From Bacteroidota bacterium (lineage in GTDB: Bacteria; Bacteroidota; Bacteroidia; Bacteroidales; CAIWKO01): DNA of 64,000 nt. Location of the stretch: NCBI GenBank assembly GCA_037133915.1, contig JBAXND010000008.1, forward strand, positions 16,564 through 80,563. The letters are read 5' to 3'. Numbering within the stretch: the stretch's first letter is position 1; each line of letters starts with the position of its first letter. Positions 43,844 to 54,649 of the stretch are shown here, piece by piece. A program made the position numbers and the translations under genes. Below the pieces are notes generated by a model, which ran no database searches, was not told where the DNA came from, and saw nothing but the letters and a program-made list of their open reading frames with translations.

Positions 43844-46800
43844 TTGCTTTGGCTGTACTTAGTGCTGGTTGTTTTTCCGGCATCTCTGTATACATTGCTG
43901 CGCAGTAATGCAGTCCAGAACATTATTGCACAAGGCATTGCCACCTACCTTTCGTCTGAACTGAAAACCAGAGTATCCGTCGGGGGTGTCGATATTGCAT
44001 TTTTTCTGGACGTTGTACTTGAAGATGTCCGGATAGATGACCTTCATGGAAACATTCTTCTGAAGGCGCGGCGCCTGGTGCTCGATGTGGGCGATATTCA
44101 CCTGAAAGATCATGTGCTGAATGTTGATGAACTTACCCTCGACAATGGGCTGGTGGCGCTGAAACAATATAAAGGTGAGCATGCGCTCAATCTGCAATTT
44201 ATTATCGATAATTATACTTCGCGCGATACCGTAACTACTTCGGGTGGAACACCCTGGAAGCTTGCTGTTACCGGTTTGAATATTACTGACTCGCGTTTTA
44301 CCTATCGTAATTTTGAGAAAGATACCCTGGCAAGGGGTATTGATTTTGATAATCTGGATATTCATAATTTAAATTTGAAAATCAGTGATGTTACAATCAG
44401 CGGAGATACGATAAATGCTCAGATAAAGAATATCAGCCTGGCTGAAAGAGGCGGGTTTGTCTTGAACAGCATGAGTACGCTCGCTTCTGTAAGTTCGAAA
44501 GGAATACGAACCACCGGCCTTAAGATTAAAACTCCGTTTACAAATCTGGATCTGGATTTAGCTTTTGAGTATAATGAATGGGATGATTTCAATGATTTTG
44601 TCAACAAAGTCAACATGGTTTCCACAATCAGAGCAAGTGTAGTAAATACCTGCGATATCGCTTTTTTTGTGCCGGAAATGTGGGGAATGAATAATAAAAT
44701 CAAGCTTATTGCTGAGGTTAGGGGAAAGGTGAAAAACCTGAAGGGGCGAAAGATGAAACTTATGTATGGCCGCTCTACATGGTTTGAGGGAGACATTGCT
44801 ACCAATGGACTGCCTTTGATTGAAGAAACGTACATTCATGCTTCTGTTCACCGGGCGAGTACGAGCAAAAGTGATCTGGAACGGTTTCTGATTCCCGGGA
44901 CCGGAGGAACAGCGACACATTTGAATCTTCCACCTGAATTTGCCAAACTGGGTAACGTGAGCGTAACAGGCTTTTTTACTGGGTTTGTGGGCGATTTTGT
45001 TGCTAAAGCAGATTTTATTACTGATATCGGAAAAATAACGACCGACCTTAAATTGCAAGGAGGCATGAAAAATAGTTTGCTCGGATATTCGGGCCGTTTG
45101 GTTACCAAAGATTTTGATTTGGGAACGCTGTTAAACGGTCAGGGCGGACTTGGCAAAGTGAGCATCAACGCTGCTATCGACGGTAAGGGAATAAGTGCCG
45201 AAACGGCCGACCTTTCGCTGACAGGGACTGTCAGCCGTCTCGATTTTAATCAATATTCATACACCGGAATAGCGCTGAATGCTACCCTCGCAAAAAAAAT
45301 ATTTAACGGACACCTGACCGTGAATGACCCCAATCTTGTGACCAATTTTGACGGAGGTGTTGATTTTACCGATACTATACCGGCCTTCGATTTTATTTCG
45401 CGCGTCACCTATGCAAATATGAAGGTGCTCAAATGGATAAAAACAGATTCCATTTCTGATGTTTCTGGTTCATTGAACTTTAATTTTAAAGGTAATACAA
45501 TCGATAATTTGCAAGGCTCTGCATCCATCACGAATGCAAATTATAAGGAAGGTAAAAATGTATTTTATCTCAGCAAACTGGAACTCGACACGCATCGCGA
45601 TACAACCGGTTACCGAACATTTAATCTGAAATCTGATTATGTGGATGCATGGTTCAAAGGATTTTTTGAGTTTAAGGAAATTCCTGCTTCTGCCTATAAA
45701 TTTATCTCTGCTTACCTTCCGGGGATTAAGCTAAATCGCGACTCCCTCGAAAAAATTAAAGCTAAACAGCTTTTTGAGTTTGATATTACTTTTTATAACG
45801 CGACTCCTGTTGCAAAATATTTTGTGCCGGGGCTGAGTCTGGCGGCAGATACTAAACTGTTTGGCAGCTTTAATTCCGAGCAAAACAGTATGGCGGTGCA
45901 GGGCAGGTCAAAGGCAATCAGTCTTAATGGAATTGAACTTCTGAACCTTGAATTCAGAGCCGAAACACAGCACAACTATATTACGGCCAATCTTCTTTCC
46001 GATACACTTAAACTCTCCGACAGCACATGGATTCATAATGTAAGAATGAATGCCTTTGTGAGCAACGACAGTATCAAATCTCAATTGCTGTGGAACAACA
46101 ATCGTTTTGAAGACCGCAATTCCGGCGATATCAAAGCATACGCGCTTATACACGAGAATGCCGGGATGACCATCGGTCTTGCCAATTCGCAGGTGGTTGT
46201 GGACGATTCACTCTGGCTCATCAGCAGTGGCAGCCGGATTCTGATTGATTCTTCTCGGTTTGAATTTCGTGATGTGCGGCTGGAATGCAACAGACAAAAA
46301 CTTGCTGTTAACGGCGTCCTGTCTAAAAATCCTCAGGACTCTCTAAATCTCAGTTTCAACTCCTTTAACCTTTCCGATTTTGATTTTCTTTCCAATGCAT
46401 ATGATTTCGATCTTGACGGAACGGTAACCGGTACGGCGAGTTTGCTTGATGTTTATACCGCACCCACCTATTTCGCCGACCTTAATATAACCGGCCTTGG
46501 ATTTAACGGCAGCAGGTTGGGCGATGCCGTTGTGAAAAGCAACTGGGATGATATCAACAAAGGCATTTCCATTGATGCACAAGTGCTGAATCGCGGTGAT
46601 ATCGGGACTATAAAACCACTGATTGCCAAGGGATATTATTTCCCCTTAAGTAAAAAGAATAATTTCGATTTGAATATTTTTGTTGAAAAGCTCGACCTGA
46701 GAGCACTTTCACGATACCTTGGCGAGACCGCTTCAATTATAAACGGAAATGCCACAGGCAGCCTTACACTTACCGGAACGAACGCAAATCCGGTGCTGGA

Positions 46801-48241
46801 AGGGCGTTTGAAATTGTGGCGAACATTTTTCAAAATCAATTACCTGAACACAATTTACTCCTGTGCGCCCGAAGATGTTCAGATATTGAAAAATGAAATA
46901 CGCTTCGACAGCATGTTGGTGCTTGATCAGCCATATGCCGACTCGGCCTGGGTGAACGGAAAAGTAATGCATGATAATTTCAAAAATTTCAGGTTCGATA
47001 TCAATATTCAGCCTCGCAGCCTGATGTGTATGAATACAAATGCCGCACTGAACGAATTGTTTTACGGTAAAGCATTTGCCTCGGGGAATGCACGCATTTA
47101 TGGTGATGCCAAAAATATCAATATGGATATCCATGCGAAAACCGAAAAAGGAACGCAATTATTTATTCCGATGAGTTCGACATCATCGGTGAGCGAAAAT
47201 AAATACATACACTTCAGGAATGCAGGAACAGCTATTAATGATGTGAACGGAGCCATTGACCTTTCAGGTATACAGATGAACTTCGCGTTTGATGTAACCG
47301 ATGATGCCGAAGTGCAGATTATGTTTGACCCACAGGTGGGAGATAGAATCAGAGGCCGCGGTAATGGAAATATCCAGATGGAGATTAATACCAACGGCAG
47401 TTTTAAAATGTACGGCGATTACACGATTAAAAGCGGTGACTATCTTTTTACCTTTGAAAATGTAATTAACAAACGATTCGATATTTTACAGGGCGGAACC
47501 ATACGATGGAACGGAGATCCATACGATGCCGATCTGGATGTCAAGGCGATTTACCGCGTTAAAGCAGGTCTGGCAGGGCTGGGTGTTGATACTAACAGCC
47601 GCTCTGTACCGGTAGAATGTATCATTAATATGTCGGGGAAATTAGTAAACCCAACCTTTAGTTTTGAAATTGATTTTCCCTCGCTTTCCGATTTTGAAAA
47701 GAGTCCTTATCTGGCAGAAGTGAACAGAAATCTTTCATCGAATTTCCTCACACTGCTGGTGCTTAACAGCTTTTACAGCTCCGGGGTGACCGGTACCAAC
47801 GCGCAGGGCAGTGGCACGGGATTTCTCGGTAAAAGCACTACGGAAGTGCTCTCAAACCAGATGAGCAACTGGCTTTCGCAGATTTCAAAAGATGTGGACA
47901 TTGGTGTTAATTATCGCCCCGGCGATCAGATAACGCGCGAAGAAGTTGAGGTTGCCTTGCGTACCCAGCTGTTCAATGATAAGGTTACTATAGAAAGCAA
48001 CCTCGGAGTGGGTGGTGGTTCTGCCAATTCGGCCACTCAAAACTCAAACACTATCGTGGGCGATGTAAACGTGGAGGTGAAAATCACCGACAAGGTGAAG
48101 CTCAGCGTTTTTAACCGTTCCAATCAGAATGACTATTTGAGTAATAACGCGCCCTATACGCAGGGAGTCGGTGTATTCTACCGTCGTGAATTCAACACCT
48201 TCAAGGAATTGTTTCAGCGTAAAAAGAAGAAAAATCAGTAG
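43844..48241 (+). CDS. tamB: Translocation and assembly module protein TamB (DUF490-containing)
   Basis: 1465 aa with an N-terminal TM anchor, a long beta-rich body and a C-terminal DUF490-like region (GTIRWNGDPYDADLDVKAIYRV...). It is divergent from tsaD, as in many Bacteroidota. The track start is TTG; upstream in-frame codons read NIKKFRTI with no ATG, so the start is uncertain. Confidence 0.8.
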   Translation: MLWLYLVLVVFPASLYTLLRSNAVQNIIAQGIATYLSSELKTRVSVGGVDIAFFLDVVLEDVRIDDLHGNILLKARRLVLDVGDIHLKDHVLNVDELTLDNGLVALKQYKGEHALNLQFIIDNYTSRDTVTTSGGTPWKLAVTGLNITDSRFTYRNFEKDTLARGIDFDNLDIHNLNLKISDVTISGDTINAQIKNISLAERGGFVLNSMSTLASVSSKGIRTTGLKIKTPFTNLDLDLAFEYNEWDDFNDFVNKVNMVSTIRASVVNTCDIAFFVPEMWGMNNKIKLIAEVRGKVKNLKGRKMKLMYGRSTWFEGDIATNGLPLIEETYIHASVHRASTSKSDLERFLIPGTGGTATHLNLPPEFAKLGNVSVTGFFTGFVGDFVAKADFITDIGKITTDLKLQGGMKNSLLGYSGRLVTKDFDLGTLLNGQGGLGKVSINAAIDGKGISAETADLSLTGTVSRLDFNQYSYTGIALNATLAKKIFNGHLTVNDPNLVTNFDGGVDFTDTIPAFDFISRVTYANMKVLKWIKTDSISDVSGSLNFNFKGNTIDNLQGSASITNANYKEGKNVFYLSKLELDTHRDTTGYRTFNLKSDYVDAWFKGFFEFKEIPASAYKFISAYLPGIKLNRDSLEKIKAKQLFEFDITFYNATPVAKYFVPGLSLAADTKLFGSFNSEQNSMAVQGRSKAISLNGIELLNLEFRAETQHNYITANLLSDTLKLSDSTWIHNVRMNAFVSNDSIKSQLLWNNNRFEDRNSGDIKAYALIHENAGMTIGLANSQVVVDDSLWLISSGSRILIDSSRFEFRDVRLECNRQKLAVNGVLSKNPQDSLNLSFNSFNLSDFDFLSNAYDFDLDGTVTGTASLLDVYTAPTYFADLNITGLGFNGSRLGDAVVKSNWDDINKGISIDAQVLNRGDIGTIKPLIAKGYYFPLSKKNNFDLNIFVEKLDLRALSRYLGETASIINGNATGSLTLTGTNANPVLEGRLKLWRTFFKINYLNTIYSCAPEDVQILKNEIRFDSMLVLDQPYADSAWVNGKVMHDNFKNFRFDINIQPRSLMCMNTNAALNELFYGKAFASGNARIYGDAKNINMDIHAKTEKGTQLFIPMSSTSSVSENKYIHFRNAGTAINDVNGAIDLSGIQMNFAFDVTDDAEVQIMFDPQVGDRIRGRGNGNIQMEINTNGSFKMYGDYTIKSGDYLFTFENVINKRFDILQGGTIRWNGDPYDADLDVKAIYRVKAGLAGLGVDTNSRSVPVECIINMSGKLVNPTFSFEIDFPSLSDFEKSPYLAEVNRNLSSNFLTLLVLNSFYSSGVTGTNAQGSGTGFLGKSTTEVLSNQMSNWLSQISKDVDIGVNYRPGDQITREEVEVALRTQLFNDKVTIESNLGVGGGSANSATQNSNTIVGDVNVEVKITDKVKLSVFNRSNQNDYLSNNAPYTQGVGVFYRREFNTFKELFQRKKKKNQ

Positions 48242-49146
48242 CGGTTCACTTTTGCAAAGCTGCGTCTGATAGTCTTTTTATAATGAAGCTTCGGATATCC
48301 GATAATCAACATCAGCCCCATCTGATTTTTAGGATGAATGCCGTATTTCTTTTTGAGTTTGTAAGCTCCTTTTTGAATAAAAGGACCGACACTGCCAATC
48401 ATGCATGTTCCCAAACCCAGCGATTCCGCTGCAAGCATGGCGTAGGTGCAGGCAATTTGCGGGTCGGCCGGATCACAGTAAGGTGTTCCATAAAAGTACA
48501 AGGCCACCGGGGCATCGTATAACAAATAATTTTTTCCTTCCTTGCGTGCTTTTGCCATAAAGCTGAGAAGCGGCGTGATGAATCCGCGCATCAGTTTTAT
48601 CATTTCTTTTCCGTAAAACGGACGCATCATGGTGAGCATGAAAGGAGAGAACAGCCACCCTATACTTTTGAAATAGTCCATCACGTCGTTTGAAAATGTG
48701 CGCACCTTATCGTTTCCTTGCAGCACAAGCACTTCAACATCCGATGGCGGAAGTCCCATAGGCGCAGTCATTGCTGCGTTCAGGACCTTGTCAATTACCT
48801 CCTGTTCAACTTCTTTATCGCGAAAATCGCGTATGCTGCGGCGGTGGTTCATCAGCCTGAGCAGTTGGGTATAGTCCGCGCTTTCTTCCTTAGCGGGAAG
48901 CGGAAAAAAGTCATCGCTTGTGAGTGTTCTGCCCTGTACTCTGATACAATCATGCGGGCAAACCGCCTCGCACTGACCGCAACCAATACACCCAAACAAT
49001 GGGTTGCGACCGAATACAATTTTATCTTCAATAATCTCAAGTGAGAAATCTTTACAAACCATAACACAATTGCCGCAGAGTGTGCAGTGTGTCATATCTA
49101 TTTTAACCTCCGCTGCTTGATCGGTTCTACTGGTAGGTATTGCCAT
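48235..49146 (-). CDS. 2 x [4Fe-4S] ferredoxin domain fused to nitroreductase family domain
   Basis: 303 aa. CTLCGNCVMVCKD and CIGCGQCEAVCPHDC are followed by a nitroreductase-like body (RRSIRDF...). The 3' end overlaps the tamB 3' end by 7 nt. Confidence 0.8.
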   Translation of the reverse strand: MAIPTSRTDQAAEVKIDMTHCTLCGNCVMVCKDFSLEIIEDKIVFGRNPLFGCIGCGQCEAVCPHDCIRVQGRTLTSDDFFPLPAKEESADYTQLLRLMNHRRSIRDFRDKEVEQEVIDKVLNAAMTAPMGLPPSDVEVLVLQGNDKVRTFSNDVMDYFKSIGWLFSPFMLTMMRPFYGKEMIKLMRGFITPLLSFMAKARKEGKNYLLYDAPVALYFYGTPYCDPADPQIACTYAMLAAESLGLGTCMIGSVGPFIQKGAYKLKKKYGIHPKNQMGLMLIIGYPKLHYKKTIRRSFAKVNRY

Positions 49147-49207
49147 ACACTTCTATTATTTTCTTGTTTTTTGTATGATGGTGTTGTGTGATACGTGTTG
49201 TTTGAAA

Positions 49208-49969
49208 TTATTTTTTCTTACATACTACAATGAAATCTTTGGAAGTGCTTTCCAGCGGACTTTTTAAGTAGTCGCCATAAATGGTCACCAGTTCCAGATC
49301 AGAGAGGGCAATCAGGTGCTCAATCTCGTAACGGAAATAAAACCTCATTTTGAAATCCCAGCATTCTTCCAGTTGTTTATTTCCTTCGTCCCAAACAAAT
49401 CGCATGGTAACACTGCTGACCTGATTTACAAGGTCGGCTTTCATGGTTGAGTATCGTTTTAGCTTTTTGCCCGGTTCGTATTCCCCGGAAAAATCCATCA
49501 CATCGTCCAGACCTTCGGAGAGCATTTTTGGGTTGGGTACGTATAAGTCAAAAATAAAACAGCCGCCCGGTTCGAGGTGGCGTGCAACATTATTCAACGC
49601 TGCCAGCTGTTGTTCCACTTCAATAATGTGCGAAAACACTCTGAACGGTGCGAGAATCAAATCAAATTTCAACCCGAGATGCATTGTTACACAATCATCT
49701 TCGGTAACCCGGAATTGGTCTTCCGGAGCAAGTTTTCGCTTCAGAACGTCAATCATGCTGCGGCTTACATCAATACCATAAATATCAGCGCCCCTTTGTA
49801 CAGCCTCTGTGAAGAAGCGTCCTGTTCCGGTGCCTATTTCAAGTACGCGGTTTTTGCAGCGCGCAATCTCATTCATAAAAAAATCGGAATCTGTTTTGTG
49901 GCGCAGACGTGCATATATCACATCGTAGAAGCGTGCAAAAGTTTCAGGATAATTAACCGTTTTGCTCAT
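49208..49969 (-). CDS. Class I SAM-dependent methyltransferase
   Basis: 253 aa with motif I VLEIGTGTGRF and post-I IYGIDVS. Confidence 0.85.
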   Translation of the reverse strand: MSKTVNYPETFARFYDVIYARLRHKTDSDFFMNEIARCKNRVLEIGTGTGRFFTEAVQRGADIYGIDVSRSMIDVLKRKLAPEDQFRVTEDDCVTMHLGLKFDLILAPFRVFSHIIEVEQQLAALNNVARHLEPGGCFIFDLYVPNPKMLSEGLDDVMDFSGEYEPGKKLKRYSTMKADLVNQVSSVTMRFVWDEGNKQLEECWDFKMRFYFRYEIEHLIALSDLELVTIYGDYLKSPLESTSKDFIVVCKKK

Positions 49970-50153
49970 GTTCTGGATTTAAAGATATCGTGTATGTTTG
50001 CGGTCAAATCACCGAGCCGGGTGCATACATTGGCAAAGATATTGAAAAACGAAAAAATATCAGAGGCGTATGAGAATAATATAGACCTATGTTCAAACCT
50101 TACAGTTAGTTAACTGTTGAAATTCATTATCTGAAATTATCAAATGAAATTTG

Positions 50154-50161
50154 TACTTTTG
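50154..50161 (+). promoter_or_regulatory. Candidate -7 promoter box for tRNA-Arg
   Basis: TACTTTTG (TAnnTTTG) ends 13 nt before tRNA position 1. Confidence 0.4.
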
Positions 50162-50173
50162 TGCTCGTGAAAC

Positions 50174-50247
50174 GGCCCCGTAGTTCAGCTGAATAGAACG
50201 TCAGATTCCGGTTCTGAAAGTCGGGGGTTTGAATCCCTCCGGGGTCA
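50174..50247 (+). tRNA. tRNA-Arg (anticodon CCG)
   Basis: The 74-nt cloverleaf was folded by hand. Acceptor GGCCCCG/CGGGGTC (one G-U); D arm GTTC-AGCTGAATA-GAAC; anticodon arm TCAGA-TTCCGGT-TCTGA; variable AAGTC; T arm GGGGG-TTTGAAT-CCCTC; discriminator A. CCA is not encoded. Confidence 0.9.
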
Positions 50248-50260
50248 CATTATTATCAAA

Positions 50261-50298
50261 ATGCCGCTAATAATCAATGATTGAGGCGGCATTTTTTT
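50261..50298 (+). terminator. Rho-independent terminator after tRNA-Arg
   Basis: ATGCCGC-(18-nt loop)-GCGGCAT forms a 7-bp stem followed by TTTTTTT. Confidence 0.75.
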
Positions 50299-50338
50299 GT
50301 TTTAATACGCACATACGAATTGAGTTATTCTGGTCCAA

Positions 50339-50375
50339 TAAAAAAAGAGACCATCTCGATGTTGAGACAGCCTCT
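50339..50375 (-). terminator. Rho-independent terminator of the 50415..51929 gene
   Basis: On the minus strand, AGAGGCUGUCUC-aacauc-GAGAUGGUCUCU forms a 12-bp stem including 3 G-U pairs, followed by U7. Confidence 0.6.
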
Positions 50376-50414
50376 TCTAAATATAATTTCGAATTATTGG
50401 TATAAATGAAGGTG

Positions 50415-51929
50415 TTATTCCAGATTCAGTATCCCGAAATACGGAACTTTATTGCCAATTTTAAGTCCTGTACCGACGAAAATAAATGAGTTGCCATCCT
50501 CAATTCTTTTCGTTTGGCTCAAATCAACAAGGGCAAGCTGGCTGCCCACTTTATAGATTATTTTCTTCGTTATTTTACCATCGGCATCAACTACCGCATG
50601 CACCAGGCAAAGCTTGTCCGGATTGACCACTTTTACTCTCACCATTTTTGCACTTACCACGTTTGCCGGATTGTCGTAATAAAAAAGATGGGTGCTTGTG
50701 CCATCGCCAAATGCTTTACAGAACAATTCCGAAACATATTTTTTACTGCACACGTCTTTTTTAATCACATTGGCCCATTGTATTTCACCATCAAAATCGA
50801 ATTTTATCAACCCCATGGTTTGCATAAAATATGAGGTTGCCGAGGATTGTGATGAACTGACCGATAATCGGTATTCACACACATAAAGGGCGCCATCATC
50901 GAGCTTCACAAGTTTACTTGGAGACGTAATGAACTTGATGCTTTTCTTATCAACATCCGGAAATTTTTCGCTGAAGGTTTTATCAATGGAATATGATTTT
51001 ACAGTGGCACTGCCTCCTGATGTCAGGTCTTTACTGATGAAGAAAATTGAACTTTTTCCGCTTCCGACAAATCCTCCCTGTGACTGCATACCACTGATGC
51101 AAAGCATTCCTTTATTACTGATGCACCATGTATAATTGAACGTACCTTTGGAGTATTCTTCAGACAGAATGAGTTTCCATGAACCCGGTTTATCGGATGC
51201 CGCTGCAAATATGGTTCCTTTGGTTTTTTTTGTTATTGCCGTTGGTTGTGAGGCAATCATTACTACCGTTCCATTCACATAGGCGTAATCCACATCATTA
51301 AGGAAGGTGATGCTGCCAAAAACATCTTCCCGCTGTACGGAATCTTCGCGTACTTTCTTCAGCTTAGAATCATACACATCGACAAAAATGGTGGCAGGGT
51401 CATCATATAGCCGGGGTTTCTCGGGTGGTCTCACTTCAATATTCACCACAAGCATGTATTTTTTATCTTCCGAAATCCTGATTGCCGGCATTCCCGTAAA
51501 AGTGTGCTTTTTACCATGCAGTTTGTATGTTTGCTCTACCAGTACTTTGCCTGCATCATCGGTAATTACAAGCTTGTTGTCTTTTGCAAAACTCAGCGGG
51601 CTTTCGTCCATTGAACCCGCTAAAACATTGTAGTCGCCAAAGCTGTAAACAGCAAGATAGCCTGGGGCAGCATCGGGCAGGTTGACCAAATCAGACTTCG
51701 TAATCTCGGAATCAAAGTTCCGGATATAAACACCTTTGTTGCCTGTACTGAAAGGGTTGTTGTCCGGGATAATGTAAACCGAGCGAAACTCATCGGGCGA
51801 AGTTTTGAAAAAATAACTGAACTGTTCACCATCTTTGGTTGTCGGAATTTTTTTCATGTCAAAGTTTGCTTGTGCAGCAGCCATTATTACCGTGCTGCAG
51901 GCAAACAATACCAGAAGAATTTTTTTCAT
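50415..51929 (-). CDS. Hypothetical secreted protein
   Basis: 504 aa with signal peptide MKKILLVLFACSTVIMAAAQA. The ORF is long and uninterrupted, with its own terminator. No family recognised. Confidence 0.55.
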   Translation of the reverse strand: MKKILLVLFACSTVIMAAAQANFDMKKIPTTKDGEQFSYFFKTSPDEFRSVYIIPDNNPFSTGNKGVYIRNFDSEITKSDLVNLPDAAPGYLAVYSFGDYNVLAGSMDESPLSFAKDNKLVITDDAGKVLVEQTYKLHGKKHTFTGMPAIRISEDKKYMLVVNIEVRPPEKPRLYDDPATIFVDVYDSKLKKVREDSVQREDVFGSITFLNDVDYAYVNGTVVMIASQPTAITKKTKGTIFAAASDKPGSWKLILSEEYSKGTFNYTWCISNKGMLCISGMQSQGGFVGSGKSSIFFISKDLTSGGSATVKSYSIDKTFSEKFPDVDKKSIKFITSPSKLVKLDDGALYVCEYRLSVSSSQSSATSYFMQTMGLIKFDFDGEIQWANVIKKDVCSKKYVSELFCKAFGDGTSTHLFYYDNPANVVSAKMVRVKVVNPDKLCLVHAVVDADGKITKKIIYKVGSQLALVDLSQTKRIEDGNSFIFVGTGLKIGNKVPYFGILNLE

Positions 51930-52217
51930 ACAAATTGGGGTTGGTTTATAATCAATAGTTTCTGAAAATTCAATTCTGATTCAATCTTATGGTCACCGTT
52001 GCTCAGTAATTATACCGCGTAAAACTACCACTTATGTGACGAACAAATATATAATAAATTAATCACCAAACGGCATTCTAATAAAAATATAATCAGCAAA
52101 ACGAGCTACTTCAAAAGGACGCGTCACACTGTCTTATCAGATAGCTTCTACATTGTATTTTTGACTTTGTCAGGAAGAAGCGGTGCGGAAGGTAAACCTG
52201 CGCGAACCGGCCAATAA

Positions 52218-53252
52218 CTATTTCGAGAATTCAATTTCCAATATTGTGAAAGTACCCGGGATTACTGATGGTCTCGGATGCGGGTTTTCTTTCGTTGCTT
52301 CCGGCGTATCGCCAAAATCTGCTGTCGGCAAATATATTTTGTGTGTCAATTTATCGAGGGCGATGGTGCGTGCTCCTTTCTGAGTGGTCACATTTTCAAG
52401 TACCTTGAAGGTATTTTCATTTTCTTCTGCCACTACTGTCATTGTGCCATCACCATTAGAACTATATGCGTATTTTTTTTCAGAATCGAATGCTACCCCG
52501 TCCACACGGTCACCGATAGGAAGCGTTGTTATTACTTTTCCCGACAAGGCGTCAACAATTACCATCAATTTGTCACAGACGCTGAATAAACGATGCGTTT
52601 TGTTGTCAAGAGCCAGCCCGCTGGGACCTTCGCCCGGTGCGATTGACCAGTTTTGTATAACTTTCATGGCAACAGGATCAATTACGCTGATGTTGCTTTT
52701 ATCCTCAATATTCACATAAATTTTTCCATTGCTGTCAGTAACCGCGAATTCAGGTTTACCTTCAAGGGCAATGGTTCCTACCACTTTATTTGTTTTTGCG
52801 TCCAGCACTGTGGCATTACTGCTGCGCCCGTTGAACGTGAATACACGGTGCGTAAATGGATCGTACAGTATGGCATCCGGGTTATTTCCGGTTACTTTTA
52901 TTTTTTCAATAGTGGTGAAATTCTGAAGATTAAAGACTGTTACAGAAGTATCTTTTCCGTTGCTGATAAATCCTTTGTTCAGGTCATTGGCAATTGCGAT
53001 TCCGTGAACTCCTCTGGTATCTTGAATCGTAGCGATAACATTCTTTGTACTGACATCGAGCACTTGCACCACCATTCCGTGTGATATAAAAAGATGGTGT
53101 GTGGCTTCATCCATGAAAAGGTAATCCCAGCCGCCATCACCGTCGACGTGAATTTTGTCTGCAATTCTGTAATTTGAATTTTTCTGTTGTGCAATGGTGC
53201 CAACTGAACTCATAAATATCAGTACAATAATAATTATCAACGACTTTTTCAT
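52218..53252 (-). CDS. YncE/YVTN-type beta-propeller repeat protein
   Basis: 344 aa with a signal peptide. About 40-aa blades recur with the pattern V.V.D..T.KV...I.....P.G.A. Confidence 0.7.
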   Translation of the reverse strand: MKKSLIIIIVLIFMSSVGTIAQQKNSNYRIADKIHVDGDGGWDYLFMDEATHHLFISHGMVVQVLDVSTKNVIATIQDTRGVHGIAIANDLNKGFISNGKDTSVTVFNLQNFTTIEKIKVTGNNPDAILYDPFTHRVFTFNGRSSNATVLDAKTNKVVGTIALEGKPEFAVTDSNGKIYVNIEDKSNISVIDPVAMKVIQNWSIAPGEGPSGLALDNKTHRLFSVCDKLMVIVDALSGKVITTLPIGDRVDGVAFDSEKKYAYSSNGDGTMTVVAEENENTFKVLENVTTQKGARTIALDKLTHKIYLPTADFGDTPEATKENPHPRPSVIPGTFTILEIEFSK

Positions 53253-53482
53253 CAGATTAAATTTTCTTGTAGTTAAATGATAAAATGTTGTTCACTACTG
53301 ATAACATCTGTTTATAATAAGCAGAATATCGGGTTTAAATATATGGTCGGAGGCGAAATTAGCTTTTTATTAAATCTCTTGTTACATTTGTGTCAAAGTG
53401 AAGGTTGTATAAAAGTGTTTCTAAGGATATCCAATAATAATTATTTCGACCTGAAAATGTTCTTACTAATAAATTATTTGCG

Positions 53483-54649
53483 ATGAAGAACTTGATTAAA
53501 GGAAAAACGGTAAGTATGATAATGATTGGTGCACTTATAAGTGTAATTATTATTATGCAGGCAACAACTATTTTCTCACAAACGGTAGGCGTGGCAATAA
53601 GCCCCAACGGTGGTTCTCCCGACGGTTCCGCAATATTGGATCTTACAAGTGCCGCGCAGGGACTGCGTATTCCACGGGTTGCGCTCACAGATACGGCACT
53701 TGCTTCGCCGGTTGTCAATCCCGCCAATAGTCTGTTGGTTTTTGATACAGTGACTTTTATAAACGGCACATCCGGTTTTTATTACTGGGACGCACCTCAT
53801 ACACAGTGGATAAAGCTAGCCACCGGTAACGGAATTATCGGCCCGACAGGACCTGCAGGTCCCGCGGGTGTAGTTGGACCATCCGGCCCGGCAGGATTGG
53901 CAGGTCAGGCAGGTGCAGTCGGACCCACGGGTCCCACAGGCACAAACGGAAGCAACGGAGCAGCCGGTACAACGGGCGCAACGGGTCCCACAGGTCCCAC
54001 AGGTCCGACAGGTGCAGGGGGATTTTCAAATTTTATTATTATCAGTAATACAGGTACATCAAATGGTACTATTCCTGCCAACATAACAAAAATCATGGTT
54101 GAGGTGTGGGGCGCCGGCGGGGGCGGCGGTTGGGGTGCTGCCTATAATAAATTAGGATCCGGAGGAGGAGGAGGTGGTGCCTATACTTTAGCTATTATCA
54201 GTGTTACTCCGCTGAGCAGCTACAGCGCTTTTGTCGGCACTGGTGGTCCGGGCGGAGCTGGCGGAACACAAATTGCCGGTACTGCCGGAGGCGCCAGCAC
54301 TTTTACCTATGGCAGCACCATCATCACTTCGGGGGGAGGGCAAGGCGGACTTCCCGCTACCGGAAGTGCCGGAACGGCAAGTGGTATCGGTGGGGCAGGC
54401 GGAACTGCAACAACCCTTAATTGTATCAACATTAATGGAACTCCCGGTGAAAATGGTGATTACCTGAATACAAGCCCCGGCAATTGCGGCAATGGCGGAA
54501 GCTCCCCTAATGGCGGTGGAGGAGGATCTGCAGGGGGTGGCGTTCAGGGTTACAGAGATGGCGTTGTCCCCGGTGGTGGCGGTGGTGGAGCGTTTACGTC
54601 TCTGGTATCCGGAAATGGCGCAAATGGACGTGTGGTTATTTGGTACTGA
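53483..54649 (+). CDS. Collagen-like triple-helix repeat protein with C-terminal glycine-rich domain
   Basis: 388 aa, laid out as an N-terminal hydrophobic anchor/signal, then a ~90-aa head module ([19 protein letters not shown]...GLRIPRVA...GFYYWD) and 18 uninterrupted Gly-X-Y triplets ([19 protein letters not shown]...[12 protein letters not shown]). A Gly-rich domain follows ([15 protein letters not shown]...GGGGGGAY...[11 protein letters not shown]). Confidence 0.8.
   Translation: MKNLIKGKTVSMIMIGALISVIIIMQATTIFSQTVGVAISPNGGSPDGSAILDLTSAAQGLRIPRVALTDTALASPVVNPANSLLVFDTVTFINGTSGFYYWDAPHTQWIKLATGNGIIGPTGPAGPAGVVGPSGPAGLAGQAGAVGPTGPTGTNGSNGAAGTTGATGPTGPTGPTGAGGFSNFIIISNTGTSNGTIPANITKIMVEVWGAGGGGGWGAAYNKLGSGGGGGGAYTLAIISVTPLSSYSAFVGTGGPGGAGGTQIAGTAGGASTFTYGSTIITSGGGQGGLPATGSAGTASGIGGAGGTATTLNCININGTPGENGDYLNTSPGNCGNGGSSPNGGGGGSAGGGVQGYRDGVVPGGGGGGAFTSLVSGNGANGRVVIWY

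Noticed and set aside
50248-53482. A possible tRNA-Arg-associated genomic island, given the accessory-looking genes downstream of the tRNA.
   Set aside because: There is no integrase gene, and I could find no direct repeat of the tRNA 3' end by eye. The adjacent genes have their own normal terminators. This cannot be supported from the window alone.
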